A DNA stretch of 64,000 bases from Alphaproteobacteria bacterium (GTDB lineage: Bacteria; Pseudomonadota; Alphaproteobacteria; UBA11222), in assembly GCA_009693835.1 (NCBI GenBank), contig SHWM01000001.1, forward strand, positions 9,571 through 73,570, written 5' to 3'. Positions 46,201 through 56,984 of the stretch are shown piece by piece. Both the position numbers and the translations under genes were made by a program. A model generated the notes under the pieces. That model had not been told where the DNA came from. It was given only the letters and a program-made list of their open reading frames with translations, and did no database searches. The first letter of the stretch is position 1; each line of letters starts with the position of its first letter.

Positions 46201-47988
46201 GTGAGTGTGAATGAGGCCAGTGAATTGGGCGACCTTCCGGTATGGGATCTGGGCGCGCTGTATTCGGGCACGGATGATCCGCAATTTGCTGCTGATTTTT
46301 CTTCCGTAGAGGAGGAGGCCCAGGCATTCGCGACGGACTGGCAGGGCAGGCTCGGCAGCCTGGACGGGGCGGCGTTTGGCAACGCCATTCGAGCCTATGA
46401 GGCGATTGAGGAGCGGCTTGGACGCATACTGTCCTTCGCCTCGCTGGTTTATGTCACGCGCATGGACGATCCGGATCTGGCCCGTTTTCATGCCGATGCA
46501 CAGGCGCGGGCGAGTGAAATTTCCTCATTGCTGGTGTTCTTTACGCTTGAAATCAATCGCATTGAGGATGCGCGGGTCGCAGAATTGTTGCAACATCCGC
46601 AGGCGGCGCGCTACCGGCCATGGATAGAGGACTTGCGCATTTACCGGCCGCATCAGCTTTCCGACGATCTGGAAAAACTGCTGGTGGAGAAAAGCGTGAC
46701 GGGACGCGCGGCCTGGAGCCGTTTGTTCGATGAGACCCTGGCAGGGTTGCGCTTCAATGTGCGCGGCAAGGAATTGACCGAAGAAGAAACATTACACCTC
46801 TTGGGCGAACCCGACGAAACCCTGCGCGCCGATGCCGCAGTTGCCCTGTCGGATGTATTCCGGAAAAACATCAAATTGCTGGCGCTGATCACCAATACGC
46901 TGGCCAAGGACAAGGATGTTGAGGACCGCTGGCGGCATTATCCAGAACCGGCCACCTCGCGGCACCTGTCGAACCAGGTGGAGCCGGAGGTTGTGGCGGC
47001 GCTGGTCCAGGCCGTGCGGGGCGCGTATCCGCAATTATCGCATCGCTATTATGCGCTGAAAGCGCGCTGGCTGGGCAAGCCGCGTCTTGCGTTCTGGGAC
47101 CGGAATGCGCCCGTGCCCAACCAATCCGATCGGTGTATCGGATGGGATGAGGCGCGCGGGACGGTGCTGTCGGCCTATGCCGATTTCGCACCGCAAATGG
47201 CCGAAATCGGGAAGCAGTTTTTTGACAGGCGCTGGATTCATGCGCCCGCAACGCCGGGTAAAATCAGCGGCGCTTTTTCACACCCGACAGTCCCCAGCGC
47301 GCATCCTTTTGTGCTGATGAATTATCAGGGCAGGCTGCGCGATGTGATGACGCTGGCGCATGAACTGGGCCACGGGGTGCATCAGGTGCTGGCGGCGGAG
47401 CAGGGGGCGCTGCTCGCGGACACGCCCTTGACGATGGCCGAAACCGCCAGCGTGTTTGGTGAAATGGTGACATTTCAGGCGCTGCTGAAAACCGCGAAAA
47501 CCAAGGTGGAGCGTCACGCCATGCTGGCTGCCAAGGTTGAGGACATGCTCAATACGGTGGTGCGGCAGATAGCCTTTTACGAATTCGAGCGCCGGGTGCA
47601 TGATGCGCGCAAACAGGGCGAGCTAACTCAGGACCGGCTGGGCGAAATCTGGCTGGCGGTGCAGGGCGAAAGCCTGGGGCCGTCGATTGAGCTGTCTGCG
47701 GGATATGAAAATTACTGGTGCTATATTCCGCACTTCATTCATTCGCCGTTTTATGTCTATGCCTATGCCTTCGGCGATTGTCTGGTGAATTCCCTGTTCG
47801 CGGTTTACCAGAATTCCGCGCCGGGATTTCAGGAAAAATATTTCGCCATGCTGCGCGCGGGCGGCTCCAAACGCTATCGTGAACTGCTGGCCCCGTTCGG
47901 CCTGGACCCCAGCGATCCTGTTTTCTGGCAGGGAGGGCTTTCGATGATCAGCGGATTCATTGATGAACTGGAGGCGGGCCCGGGTTAG
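46201..47988 (+). CDS. pepF: M3B oligoendopeptidase F family
   Basis: A 595-aa ORF with a GTG start, the zinc motif HELGHGVH and a downstream E (GEMVTFQ..). It has the pepF-like size and pattern. Confidence 0.85.
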   Translation: MSVNEASELGDLPVWDLGALYSGTDDPQFAADFSSVEEEAQAFATDWQGRLGSLDGAAFGNAIRAYEAIEERLGRILSFASLVYVTRMDDPDLARFHADAQARASEISSLLVFFTLEINRIEDARVAELLQHPQAARYRPWIEDLRIYRPHQLSDDLEKLLVEKSVTGRAAWSRLFDETLAGLRFNVRGKELTEEETLHLLGEPDETLRADAAVALSDVFRKNIKLLALITNTLAKDKDVEDRWRHYPEPATSRHLSNQVEPEVVAALVQAVRGAYPQLSHRYYALKARWLGKPRLAFWDRNAPVPNQSDRCIGWDEARGTVLSAYADFAPQMAEIGKQFFDRRWIHAPATPGKISGAFSHPTVPSAHPFVLMNYQGRLRDVMTLAHELGHGVHQVLAAEQGALLADTPLTMAETASVFGEMVTFQALLKTAKTKVERHAMLAAKVEDMLNTVVRQIAFYEFERRVHDARKQGELTQDRLGEIWLAVQGESLGPSIELSAGYENYWCYIPHFIHSPFYVYAYAFGDCLVNSLFAVYQNSAPGFQEKYFAMLRAGGSKRYRELLAPFGLDPSDPVFWQGGLSMISGFIDELEAGPG

Positions 47989-48044
47989 GACAATTGTCGA
48001 TCAGATGGACATCTGCCCTGACTGAACCAATCAGGGGTAATTTC

Positions 48045-48135
48045 TCACCCCACCCCAACCCCTCCCCATCAAGGGGAGGGGCTTTCCCTCAGAATTTCAT
48101 CATATTCTTCCCCTCCCCCTCGTGGGGAGGGGGCA
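48045..48135. repeat. GC-rich double-hairpin intergenic repeat (REP-like), copy 2
   Basis: caccccaccccaacccctccccatcaaggggaggggc ... cccctccccctcgtggggagggggc contains two perfect 9-10 bp GC stems. It is homologous to 17561-17660 and lies between the convergent 3' ends of pepF and the MaoC gene. Confidence 0.7.
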
Positions 48136-48189
48136 AAGGAGCAACCTGGCCGTAACTGAGTCAAAATGCGTGAATTTGACCACAAACGC

Positions 48190-48612
48190 TCAGGGATCAA
48201 CGCGCGCCGAAGCGTAGCCGTTGATGACTTCCTGGCCTTTCTGATTTTTGGTGCTGACGGCAAAATCGGCATAATGCTTGCCGCCTTCCTCGCGGATCGC
48301 CTCAACCGTTGCCGTTGCGGTCAGATCGTCGCCCGGCCACACCTGGGTTGAAAAGCGCACGCCATATTTGGTCAGGCGGCCATCGCCCACATAATTGGTC
48401 AGCATTTTTCCGGTCAGTCCCATCGACAGCATGCCATGGGCGAACACGCTTGGATAACCTGCCACCTGTGTGGCGAAGACTTCATCCGAGTGCAGAGGAT
48501 TATAGTCCCCGGATGCGCCCGAATACATGACCAGTTGCGTACGGTGCAGATTTTCAACCACCTTCTCGCTATGGCTGTCGCCTACTTTTAATTTTTTTGC
48601 GCTTAATGGCAT
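48190..48612 (-). CDS. MaoC-like (R)-specific enoyl-CoA hydratase/dehydratase (hot-dog fold)
   Basis: The ORF runs 48190..48762 with a probable start at MPLSAKK. It carries the MaoC_dehydratas motif (YSGASGDYNPLHSDEVFA). Confidence 0.8.
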   Translation of the reverse strand: MPLSAKKLKVGDSHSEKVVENLHRTQLVMYSGASGDYNPLHSDEVFATQVAGYPSVFAHGMLSMGLTGKMLTNYVGDGRLTKYGVRFSTQVWPGDDLTATATVEAIREEGGKHYADFAVSTKNQKGQEVINGYASARVDP

Positions 48613-48623
48613 TTTAGCCTCCC

Positions 48624-49136
48624 TTATTTCTGTTCCACGACGCGTTCGGTGACCACGCCGACGCCGCGCGCGGTGATCACCAGCTCGCCCTTTTGATCGC
48701 GATATTCGCTGATGGTTTCGCTGAATTTCAGCTTGCCGGATCGCTTGCCCTCCTTTTCCCATTTCTTGCCGGGAAGGATGGTGACGCTCAGTACATCGCC
48801 GGGCCGCAGCGGCCGGTGATATTCAAAATGCTGCTCGGCGTGCAGGCCCCCGCCGCCCCCGCCGCCTTCCTTCTTCTCGCCTTCGGTTTTGGGCTTGGGG
48901 GGTGTGCCAGTCGGTGTTTTGCCCGATCCCATCCAGGGCTTGCCAACCTGCGGGCGCAGGACAAAGTTAGGTTCGAACTGTGCGCTGGCCTGCGCGAAAG
49001 TGGGCGGCGCGATGATGCCGCCGCTTTCGGTCTTTTTGGCGTAATCTTCATCATAATAAACCGGGTTTTCGTCGCCGACCGAGCGCGCGAACATCATGAT
49101 ATGGGTCGCCTCCACGGGAAATTTCTTCTCCGCCAT
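48624..49136 (-). CDS. MaoC_dehydrat_N / FAS1-like hot-dog dehydratase subunit
   Basis: A 170-aa protein (FARSVGDENPVYYDEDYAK) with an internal Pro/Gly-rich linker including a G7 run. It pairs with the downstream MaoC gene like HadA/HadB two-subunit dehydratases. Confidence 0.7.
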   Translation of the reverse strand: MAEKKFPVEATHIMMFARSVGDENPVYYDEDYAKKTESGGIIAPPTFAQASAQFEPNFVLRPQVGKPWMGSGKTPTGTPPKPKTEGEKKEGGGGGGGLHAEQHFEYHRPLRPGDVLSVTILPGKKWEKEGKRSGKLKFSETISEYRDQKGELVITARGVGVVTERVVEQK

Positions 49137-49197
49137 CTGGATATCCTCTCTGCTTGTGTTTTACTCGGGGCAGTGTAAGCGATGCGGGGCGGGCGGC

Positions 49198-50033
49198 TCA
49201 AGCAATGCTTTTGGCCAGCCTGTCGAACGCCATCAGCGTGGCCAGAAGCGCCGACATGTCTTTCAGATGCACCATGTTGGGACCGTCGGAAGGCGCGTGG
49301 TCCGGATCCTGATGGGTTTCCATGAACACACCGGCGACGCCAACGGCAACTGCCGCCCGCGCCAGCACGGGCACAAATTCGCGCTGGCCGCCGCTAGTAG
49401 ATCCCTGGCCTCCTGGCTGCTGCACCGAATGCGTGGCGTCAAAAATCACCGGACAGCCGGTCTGCGCGGCCATGATCGGCAGGGCACGCATATCCGATAC
49501 CAGCGTATTATAGCCAAAGCTGGCGCCCCTTTCGCACAACAGGACATTCGGGTTTCCAGCGCCGAGGATTTTATCGGCCACATGGCGCATGTCCCAGGGC
49601 GCCAGAAACTGGCCTTTTTTGACATTCACGGCTTTGCCGGTGGCCGCTGCCGCCAGCAGCAAATCCGTCTGCCTGCAGAGGAAGGCCGGAATTTGCAGCA
49701 CATCCACCGCCTGTGCCGTGCGGACGCATTGTTCAGGCAGATGCACATCCGTCAGAACCGGCAAACCATATTTTTCGCGCACGTCGGACAGAATGGGCAG
49801 CGCCGCATCAAGGCCAAGGCCGCGAGGCGTGGCTGCGCTGGTCCGGTTGGCCTTGTCAAACGAGCTTTTGTAAATCAGCCCGAGGCCAATTTTGACGGTA
49901 ATTTCTTTTAGCGCGTGCGCCATTTCAAGCGCATGCTCGCGGCTTTCAATCTGGCAGGGTCCGGCAATCAGGATCATCGGCAGTCGGTTACTGATGCGCA
50001 GCCGGCCAACCGCCACTTCACGCTGGACGGTCA

Positions 50034-50034
<1 letters not shown>
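49198..50034 (-). CDS. kdsA: 2-dehydro-3-deoxyphosphooctonate aldolase (KDO-8-P synthase)
   Basis: A 278-aa ORF with the KdsA pattern ([37 protein letters not shown]). It is adjacent to pyrG as in many Proteobacteria. Confidence 0.92.
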
Positions 50035-51707
<1,673 letters not shown>

Positions 51708-51741
51708 TTACAGAATTGTGAAAAGCTGAAGATTTCAGCCG

Positions 51742-52056
51742 CTATTGCGAGGACGGAACAGCCGGCGGCAGGGGGGCGGGAGCAGGTTTTTCCGCAGCCG
51801 GGGTCGAATCGAGAATGGAGGGCGCCGTGACCGTGTTGCGCGCAACGATGGTCAACACAATGGAAGTGGCAAAAAAACCCGCCGCCAGAATGGCCGTGAC
51901 CCGTGTCAGCAGGTTGGCGGCGCCGCGTCCTGTCATGAACCCGCCCATCGGGCTGCCGCCTATACCCAGTGCGCCGCCCTCGGAACGCTGCAACAGCACG
52001 GTGGCGACGAGCGCGATGGCGAGAATCAGATGAATGACGATGACAACGGTTTCCAT
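51742..52056 (-). CDS. secG: Preprotein translocase subunit SecG
   Basis: Only the C-terminal 104 codons of the long spurious ORF 51742..52881 are SecG-like. The sequence METVVIVIHLILAIALVATVLLQRSEGGALGIGG...FMTGRGAANLLTRVTAILAAGFFATSIVL gives the two TM helices plus a Gly-rich loop. Confidence 0.8.
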   Translation of the reverse strand: METVVIVIHLILAIALVATVLLQRSEGGALGIGGSPMGGFMTGRGAANLLTRVTAILAAGFFATSIVLTIVARNTVTAPSILDSTPAAEKPAPAPLPPAVPSSQ

Positions 52057-52218
52057 GTGCGAAAGCGGGTCCTTGAGTGACGGACGGGAGAAACAGGCTC
52101 GGCCCATCCCCGGGCGCGTATACATACACAACTCGCCCTTTGGGCGCAATATCTGCCCGGAATGAGTGAAATCCGTGTTATTATTTGCCCATTTATCCAT
52201 CATTCGGGGAACCATGTC

Positions 52219-54522
52219 ATGGGCGTTTTTGCTGTGGGACAGCCTTACCGGCGCAAAGAGGATGACCGGTTTATCATCGGCAAAGGCCGCTATGGCGACG
52301 ATGTCAATATTCCAGGTCAGACCTATGCCTGTTTTGTGCGCTCGCCCCATGCTCATGCCCGGATTCTGGGTATTGATGGGGCTGATGCGCTGGCCGCACC
52401 CGGGGTAATTGCCGTGCTGACCGGAAGTGACATGGCGGCGTCGGATCTTGGCGGCATGCCCTGCATTGCGGAACTGCCGGGCCGCAATGGCGGACGGGCC
52501 AATATCAAGCCTTACCGTTCGGCGCTGTGCATGGGTGTCGCCCGTCATGTGGGCGATCCGGTGGCGATGGTAATCGCAGCGACATGGGCGCAGGCGCGGG
52601 ACGCTGCCGAGATGGTGATGGTGGAGTATGAGGAATTGCCGGCGGTGACGGAAGCGATCGAGGCGCTGAAACCGGGCGCGCCGCAGATCTGGCCCGAGGC
52701 GCCTGGCAATCTGGTGGTCGACTGGGAACTGGGCGACCGGGCGGGCACAGAGGCGGCGTTTGCCGGGGCGCATCATGTGACGCGGCTGCGGCTCGTGAAT
52801 AACCGGCTGGTCGCCAACGCCATGGAGCCGCGCATGGTGATCGCCGAATATGATGCGGCCTCGGATCACTATACCGTCCACACCTCAACCCAGGGCGTGT
52901 TCCGCTGGCGCGGACTGGTGGCCGAGGCGGTGTTCCGCATTCCGCAGGAAAAGATGCGGGTGCGCACCTATGATGTGGGCGGCAGTTTCGGCATGAAGGC
53001 GTTTTTGTACCCGGAACAGATTGCGGCCATCTGGGCGGCGAAACATATTGGCCGGACGGTGAAGTGGACGGGGGAACGCTCCGAAAGCTTTCTGAGCGAC
53101 AATCAGGGCCGCGATCAGATCAATGACGCAGAAATGGCGCTGGACAGAGACGGGCGCATGCTGGCCGTGCGCGTAAAAACCACCAGCAATGTCGGCGCCT
53201 ATGTTTCGGTGATGGGGCCGGGCGTGTCCACCATCGGCGCGGGCGGGTTGCAGGTCGGGGTCTATGCTATCCCGGTAATGTATCTGAATGTGACGCCGGC
53301 TTTCACCAACACGACGCCGACGGACGCCTATCGCGGCGCCGGGCGGCCCGAGGCCGCCTATATCATCGAACGCCTGGTGGACGCCGCCGCCCGAGAAATG
53401 GGCATCGCCCCGGATGAATTGCGGGCGCGCAATTTTATCCGGCCAGACCAGATGCCCTATGCCAATGCGGGCGGATATACCTATGACAGCGGCAATTTTC
53501 TGGAAGTTATGAACGAGGCCAAACGGCTGGCGGACTGGGACGGGTTCGCGGCGCGCAAACGCCAACGCAGGGCGCGCGGCGAACTATCCGGCATCGGCAT
53601 GGCCTATTATGTGGAACGGGCGGGCGGCCCGCCGATGGAAACGGCGCGGGTGGATGTGCTGCCAGATGAAACCATCCGGGTGTTCATGGGCAATCAATCC
53701 AACGGCATGGGCCATGAAACCGTCTATGCGCAGATCATGGCGGATGCGCTGGGCGTGCCGTTCGAGCGCATCAGCGTGACCAGCGGCGACACCAGCGAGC
53801 TTCCGGCAGGCGGGCTGTCGGGCGGCTCCGGTTCCGGTTTGATGGGGGGCGGCGCGGCCACGCTGGCCGCCGAGGCCACCATTGCAAAAGGCCGGCTGAT
53901 CGCCGCCGAGCAACTGGAGGCGGCCCCCGCCGATATTGAATTTGAAGCCGGGCATTTCAGGATTGCGGGCACCGACCGTTCCATCAGCCTGTGGGACACG
54001 GCGCGCGCCGCCGGCCCGCAAGGGCTGGGCGCAAACGGCGAATATCACAATACGCCGTTTCAGTTTCCCAATGGGTGCCATATCATCGAGCTGGGCATCG
54101 AGCCTGAAACGGGGATCATCCGCATCCACAAATATACGGCGGTGGATGATTTCGGCCATGTCCTCAATCCGATGATCGTGGAGGGCCAGGTGCAGGGCGG
54201 CATCGTGCAGGGCCTCGGCCAGGCGATGGGCGAGCACGCGGTCTATGACCCGGGAACCGGACAGATGCTAAGCGGCTCGTTTCTGGATTACTGGATGCCG
54301 CGCGCCGACGACATGCCGGACTTTGACATCGCCTATCTGAACACGCCCTGCACGACCAACGAGATGGGCATCAAGGGCTGCGGCGAGGCCGGATCAACCG
54401 GCGCGCCGCCAGCCTTCATCAACGCGGTGCTGGACGCGGTCGCGCATCTGGGCATCCGGCACCTGGACATGCCCCTGACGCCGTTTGCCATGTGGCAGGC
54501 GCTGCAGGGGGCGCACATCTGA
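52219..54522 (+). CDS. Xanthine dehydrogenase/aldehyde oxidase/CO-dehydrogenase-family molybdopterin-binding large subunit (CoxL-like)
   Basis: The ORF runs 52162..54522 with a probable start at [19 protein letters not shown]. It carries Ald_Xan_dh_C and Ald_Xan_dh_C2 domains with the GGGFG-type motif (GGSFGMK). No [2Fe-2S] (CoxS) or FAD (CoxM) subunit genes are adjacent. Confidence 0.85.
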   Translation: MGVFAVGQPYRRKEDDRFIIGKGRYGDDVNIPGQTYACFVRSPHAHARILGIDGADALAAPGVIAVLTGSDMAASDLGGMPCIAELPGRNGGRANIKPYRSALCMGVARHVGDPVAMVIAATWAQARDAAEMVMVEYEELPAVTEAIEALKPGAPQIWPEAPGNLVVDWELGDRAGTEAAFAGAHHVTRLRLVNNRLVANAMEPRMVIAEYDAASDHYTVHTSTQGVFRWRGLVAEAVFRIPQEKMRVRTYDVGGSFGMKAFLYPEQIAAIWAAKHIGRTVKWTGERSESFLSDNQGRDQINDAEMALDRDGRMLAVRVKTTSNVGAYVSVMGPGVSTIGAGGLQVGVYAIPVMYLNVTPAFTNTTPTDAYRGAGRPEAAYIIERLVDAAAREMGIAPDELRARNFIRPDQMPYANAGGYTYDSGNFLEVMNEAKRLADWDGFAARKRQRRARGELSGIGMAYYVERAGGPPMETARVDVLPDETIRVFMGNQSNGMGHETVYAQIMADALGVPFERISVTSGDTSELPAGGLSGGSGSGLMGGGAATLAAEATIAKGRLIAAEQLEAAPADIEFEAGHFRIAGTDRSISLWDTARAAGPQGLGANGEYHNTPFQFPNGCHIIELGIEPETGIIRIHKYTAVDDFGHVLNPMIVEGQVQGGIVQGLGQAMGEHAVYDPGTGQMLSGSFLDYWMPRADDMPDFDIAYLNTPCTTNEMGIKGCGEAGSTGAPPAFINAVLDAVAHLGIRHLDMPLTPFAMWQALQGAHI

Positions 54523-54609
54523 TTATGTGACCGTATCGCGGGAGCATAATCTGAGATACATTCAGGCTAAATTACTAAGCTATAATATTCTATTTGCTGA
54601 GGAATACGG

Positions 54610-55971
54610 ATGCTGAGTCGTCTGCGCTTTACTAATTTTAAGGCTTGGGGGAAGGTTGACTTGGGGTGTGCGCGGGTGACCGGGTTGTTTGGGACAAATT
54701 CCTCGGGAAAAACCAGCATTCTCCAGTTTCTATTGATGTTGAAACAAACCAAGGAAGCGACCGACCGGGCCATATCTGTGGAGTTGAACGGGGAATATGT
54801 GCAGCTCGGCACGTTCCGTGACACAATCCATCTTCATGACGAAAAAGGTCCATTGAAATTAATGTCGAGTTTGTGCGTGATAATAATCTTGTATTGAACG
54901 ATCCAACGCGTGGGCCAAAAGCGGTCCTCGTTAGCGCGAAGTCATTTACCCTTGAGGCGAATGTCGCATCAGTAAAGGGGGCGCCGCGCACGAAGCTGCT
55001 GAAGTATGGCATTGGTGATTTTAAATTCTCGTTACAGCCGCGAAATGGAGATGATAAGCAGTTCGAGTTGAAGCTGGATGGGGCAAGTCAACAATCAGTT
55101 TTCAAATTTATCCGCACTCAAGGGCGAGCCTGGCAGTTGCCGGGCCCGGTTAAAATTTATGCCTTTCCAGATCAGACTCGCGCCTATTTCCAGAATGCCG
55201 CATTTCTTTCTGATCTTGAGGTAGCGTTCAAGGAAGAGATGGATCGTATTTTCTATCTGGGGCCTCTTCGCGAATATCCGAAGCGGGACTATCTTTGGGC
55301 GCGATCCCGCCCTAGCGATGTAGGCCAACGCGGAGAAAAGGTAATCGACGCCATTCTTGCGGCTACCGGGGCTAAGGAAACTAGGAACCTTAGCCCTAAG
55401 TCACGTCATAAGCCATTTCAGGATATGATTGCCCACTGGCTGCGCGAAATGGGTTTGATACATGAGTTCAAGGTAGCGGAAATCGCGGCGGGCACTAACC
55501 GGTGGCAGGCGCGTGTTCAGACGAAGCCCGGATCTGCGGAGGTGCTGCTCACTGATGTCGGATTTGGTGTTTCACAAGTGCTGCCCGTCATTACTCTACT
55601 CTATTATGTGCCGGAAGGATCAACAGTCATTCTGGAGCAACCAGAGATTCATCCGCATCCGCTGGCTCAGGCTCATCTTGCCGATCTGATTCTAAACGTG
55701 GCGCAGCACAGAAAGATACAGGTAATCTTGGAAAGTCATAGCGAGCACCTGCTCCTCCGGCTGCAGAGACGCATTGCAGAAAAAAGCTATATGCGAGGAC
55801 GTCAAATTATATTTCTGCGAGACTCATCGTGGTGAATCCAGCCTTGTTCCGCTGAACCTTGACATGTTTGGCAGCATAGATAACTGGCCAAAAAACTTCA
55901 TGGGCGATGCCTTTGGTGAAACATTAGCGGCTGAAAAAGCACGCCTCAAGCGGATGCAAGCAAATAGATAA
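54610..55971 (+). pseudogene. DUF3696-type ABC/AAA_21-like ATPase (candidate defence ATPase), interrupted by two homopolymer frameshifts
   Basis: Piece 54610..54897 has the Walker A LFGTNSSGKTSILQ after a LRFTNFKAWG N-terminus. Piece 54873..55835 has Walker B and the H-loop region (VILEQPEIHPHPLAQ; ILESHSEHLL). Piece 55774..55971 continues the DUF3696-like C-terminus (VKLYFCETHRGESSLVPLNLDMFGSIDNWPKNFMGD). The frame changes at an A5 run (~54842-54846) and an A6 run (~55780-55785). GC is about 47% against about 60% for the flanks. Confidence 0.65.
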
Positions 55972-56471
55972 TGCGTTATGTCGTGGATACGAATGTGGCT
56001 ATTGTCGCCAATGGTTATTCGAACCCGTCTAAAGGCGAGAAGCCTCCGTCGATTGAATGCCGTCTCGAAACTTTGAACTTTCTTGAGAGATTGCTAAGCA
56101 ACGGCAAGATCGTCCTTGACGATGGCGGTGCCATTCAGGCGGAGTATCATAGATATCTCAACCCTCGTGGTCAGCCGGGGATGGGTGACCGCTTCTATCA
56201 GGAAGTATTAAACAGTGCTCCTGAGCGCATAGAACGGGTCGACTTGCCAATGAACGCTAACGGCGAATACGAGCACTTTCCAAGTCACATAGACCTTCGG
56301 AGTTTTGATAGGGATGACCGTAAATTCACGGCTTTAAGTTGTAAGGAACGTATCCCAGTCGCAAATGCGACCGATTCAGATTGGCTGAACTATCGTGACA
56401 TTCTTGCACAGCATCATATTTCGGTTAAATTTGTCTGTGGGTGCGATCAGCGAAAGTGGTTTTTAAAATAA
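55971..56471 (+). CDS. Hypothetical 166-aa protein with N-terminal PIN-like motif (MRYVVDTNVAIVANG); candidate nuclease effector partnered with the upstream ATPase
   Basis: Its ATG overlaps the TAA of the ATPase gene (tAATG), which indicates translational coupling. An hhhhDTNV first strand and several downstream acidic residues are compatible with a PIN/PIN-like fold. GC is low. Confidence 0.5.
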   Translation: MRYVVDTNVAIVANGYSNPSKGEKPPSIECRLETLNFLERLLSNGKIVLDDGGAIQAEYHRYLNPRGQPGMGDRFYQEVLNSAPERIERVDLPMNANGEYEHFPSHIDLRSFDRDDRKFTALSCKERIPVANATDSDWLNYRDILAQHHISVKFVCGCDQRKWFLK

Positions 56472-56478
56472 AAAATTA

Positions 56479-56700
56479 TTATAGGGATATGCACCGTTTA
56501 TCGGGCTGTAAGCTTAATGTTGAATGTCCCTCAACCCCCGCCTTCGCCACAAACGTAACCCCCGGCGGCCCGTCAAAATGCGCGTCGCAGGTCAGCAGCT
56601 CGGCGCCGTGTTCCAGGGCCGTGGCGTAGACAATCGCATCGGCAGTGGCGAATTTATGCAGGCGGCAGAGTTCCGCCGCCGCCAGCGAGATTTTGGTGTC
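56479..56700 (-). pseudogene. Truncated VapC-family PIN toxin remnant (C-terminal ~60 aa only)
   Basis: Reverse-strand translation gives LDTKISLAAAELCRLHKFATADAIVYATALEHGAELLTCDAHFDGPPGVTFVAKAG, a typical VapC C-terminus. The N-terminal half is missing and the ORF ends at the CTAG-flanked element at ~56700. Confidence 0.55.
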
Positions 56701-56743
56701 TAGAGCGGTATGATTTTATATTGAATCACCCCGATCACTGTGT

Positions 56744-56873
56744 CACCTGAGCCTGTCCCCGGGCTGGCCAAAGGCCAGTCCCGGGGACACTTGTTGCGGG
56801 GTCCAGGGTACAATACGCAGGCTTACCCTTGTGGCCCTGGACCCCGGAACACAAGCGGGGTGACAGGCTGAAG
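56744..56873. mobile_element. MITE-like element with nested palindromes, related to the 5399-5507 copy
   Basis: Its termini are cacctgagcctgtccccggg ... ccggggtgacaggctgaag, and the right end is near-identical to the right end of the 5.4-kb copy. An internal perfect hairpin gtccccgggctggcc-aaa-ggccagtcccggggac and a second ggggtccaggg/ccctggacccc stem are present. TCTAGA-like sequences lie at 56698 and 56906. Confidence 0.55.
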
Positions 56874-56984
56874 TTCTGGCATTTGCAAACTTAATATCAT
56901 CATGATCTAGACTTCCATCCAGCCAGATTGCGTCATTCAGGGGGCATATCCAGTCCGGTTCATTCGGGCGGCCGCCTGCGGAAA

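Noticed and set aside
51742-52881. A 379-aa minus-strand ORF
   Set aside because: Only its C-terminal 104 codons are protein-like (SecG). The upstream 270 codons are low-complexity (R/H/G/P-rich) read-through, so the true gene is secG 51742..52056.
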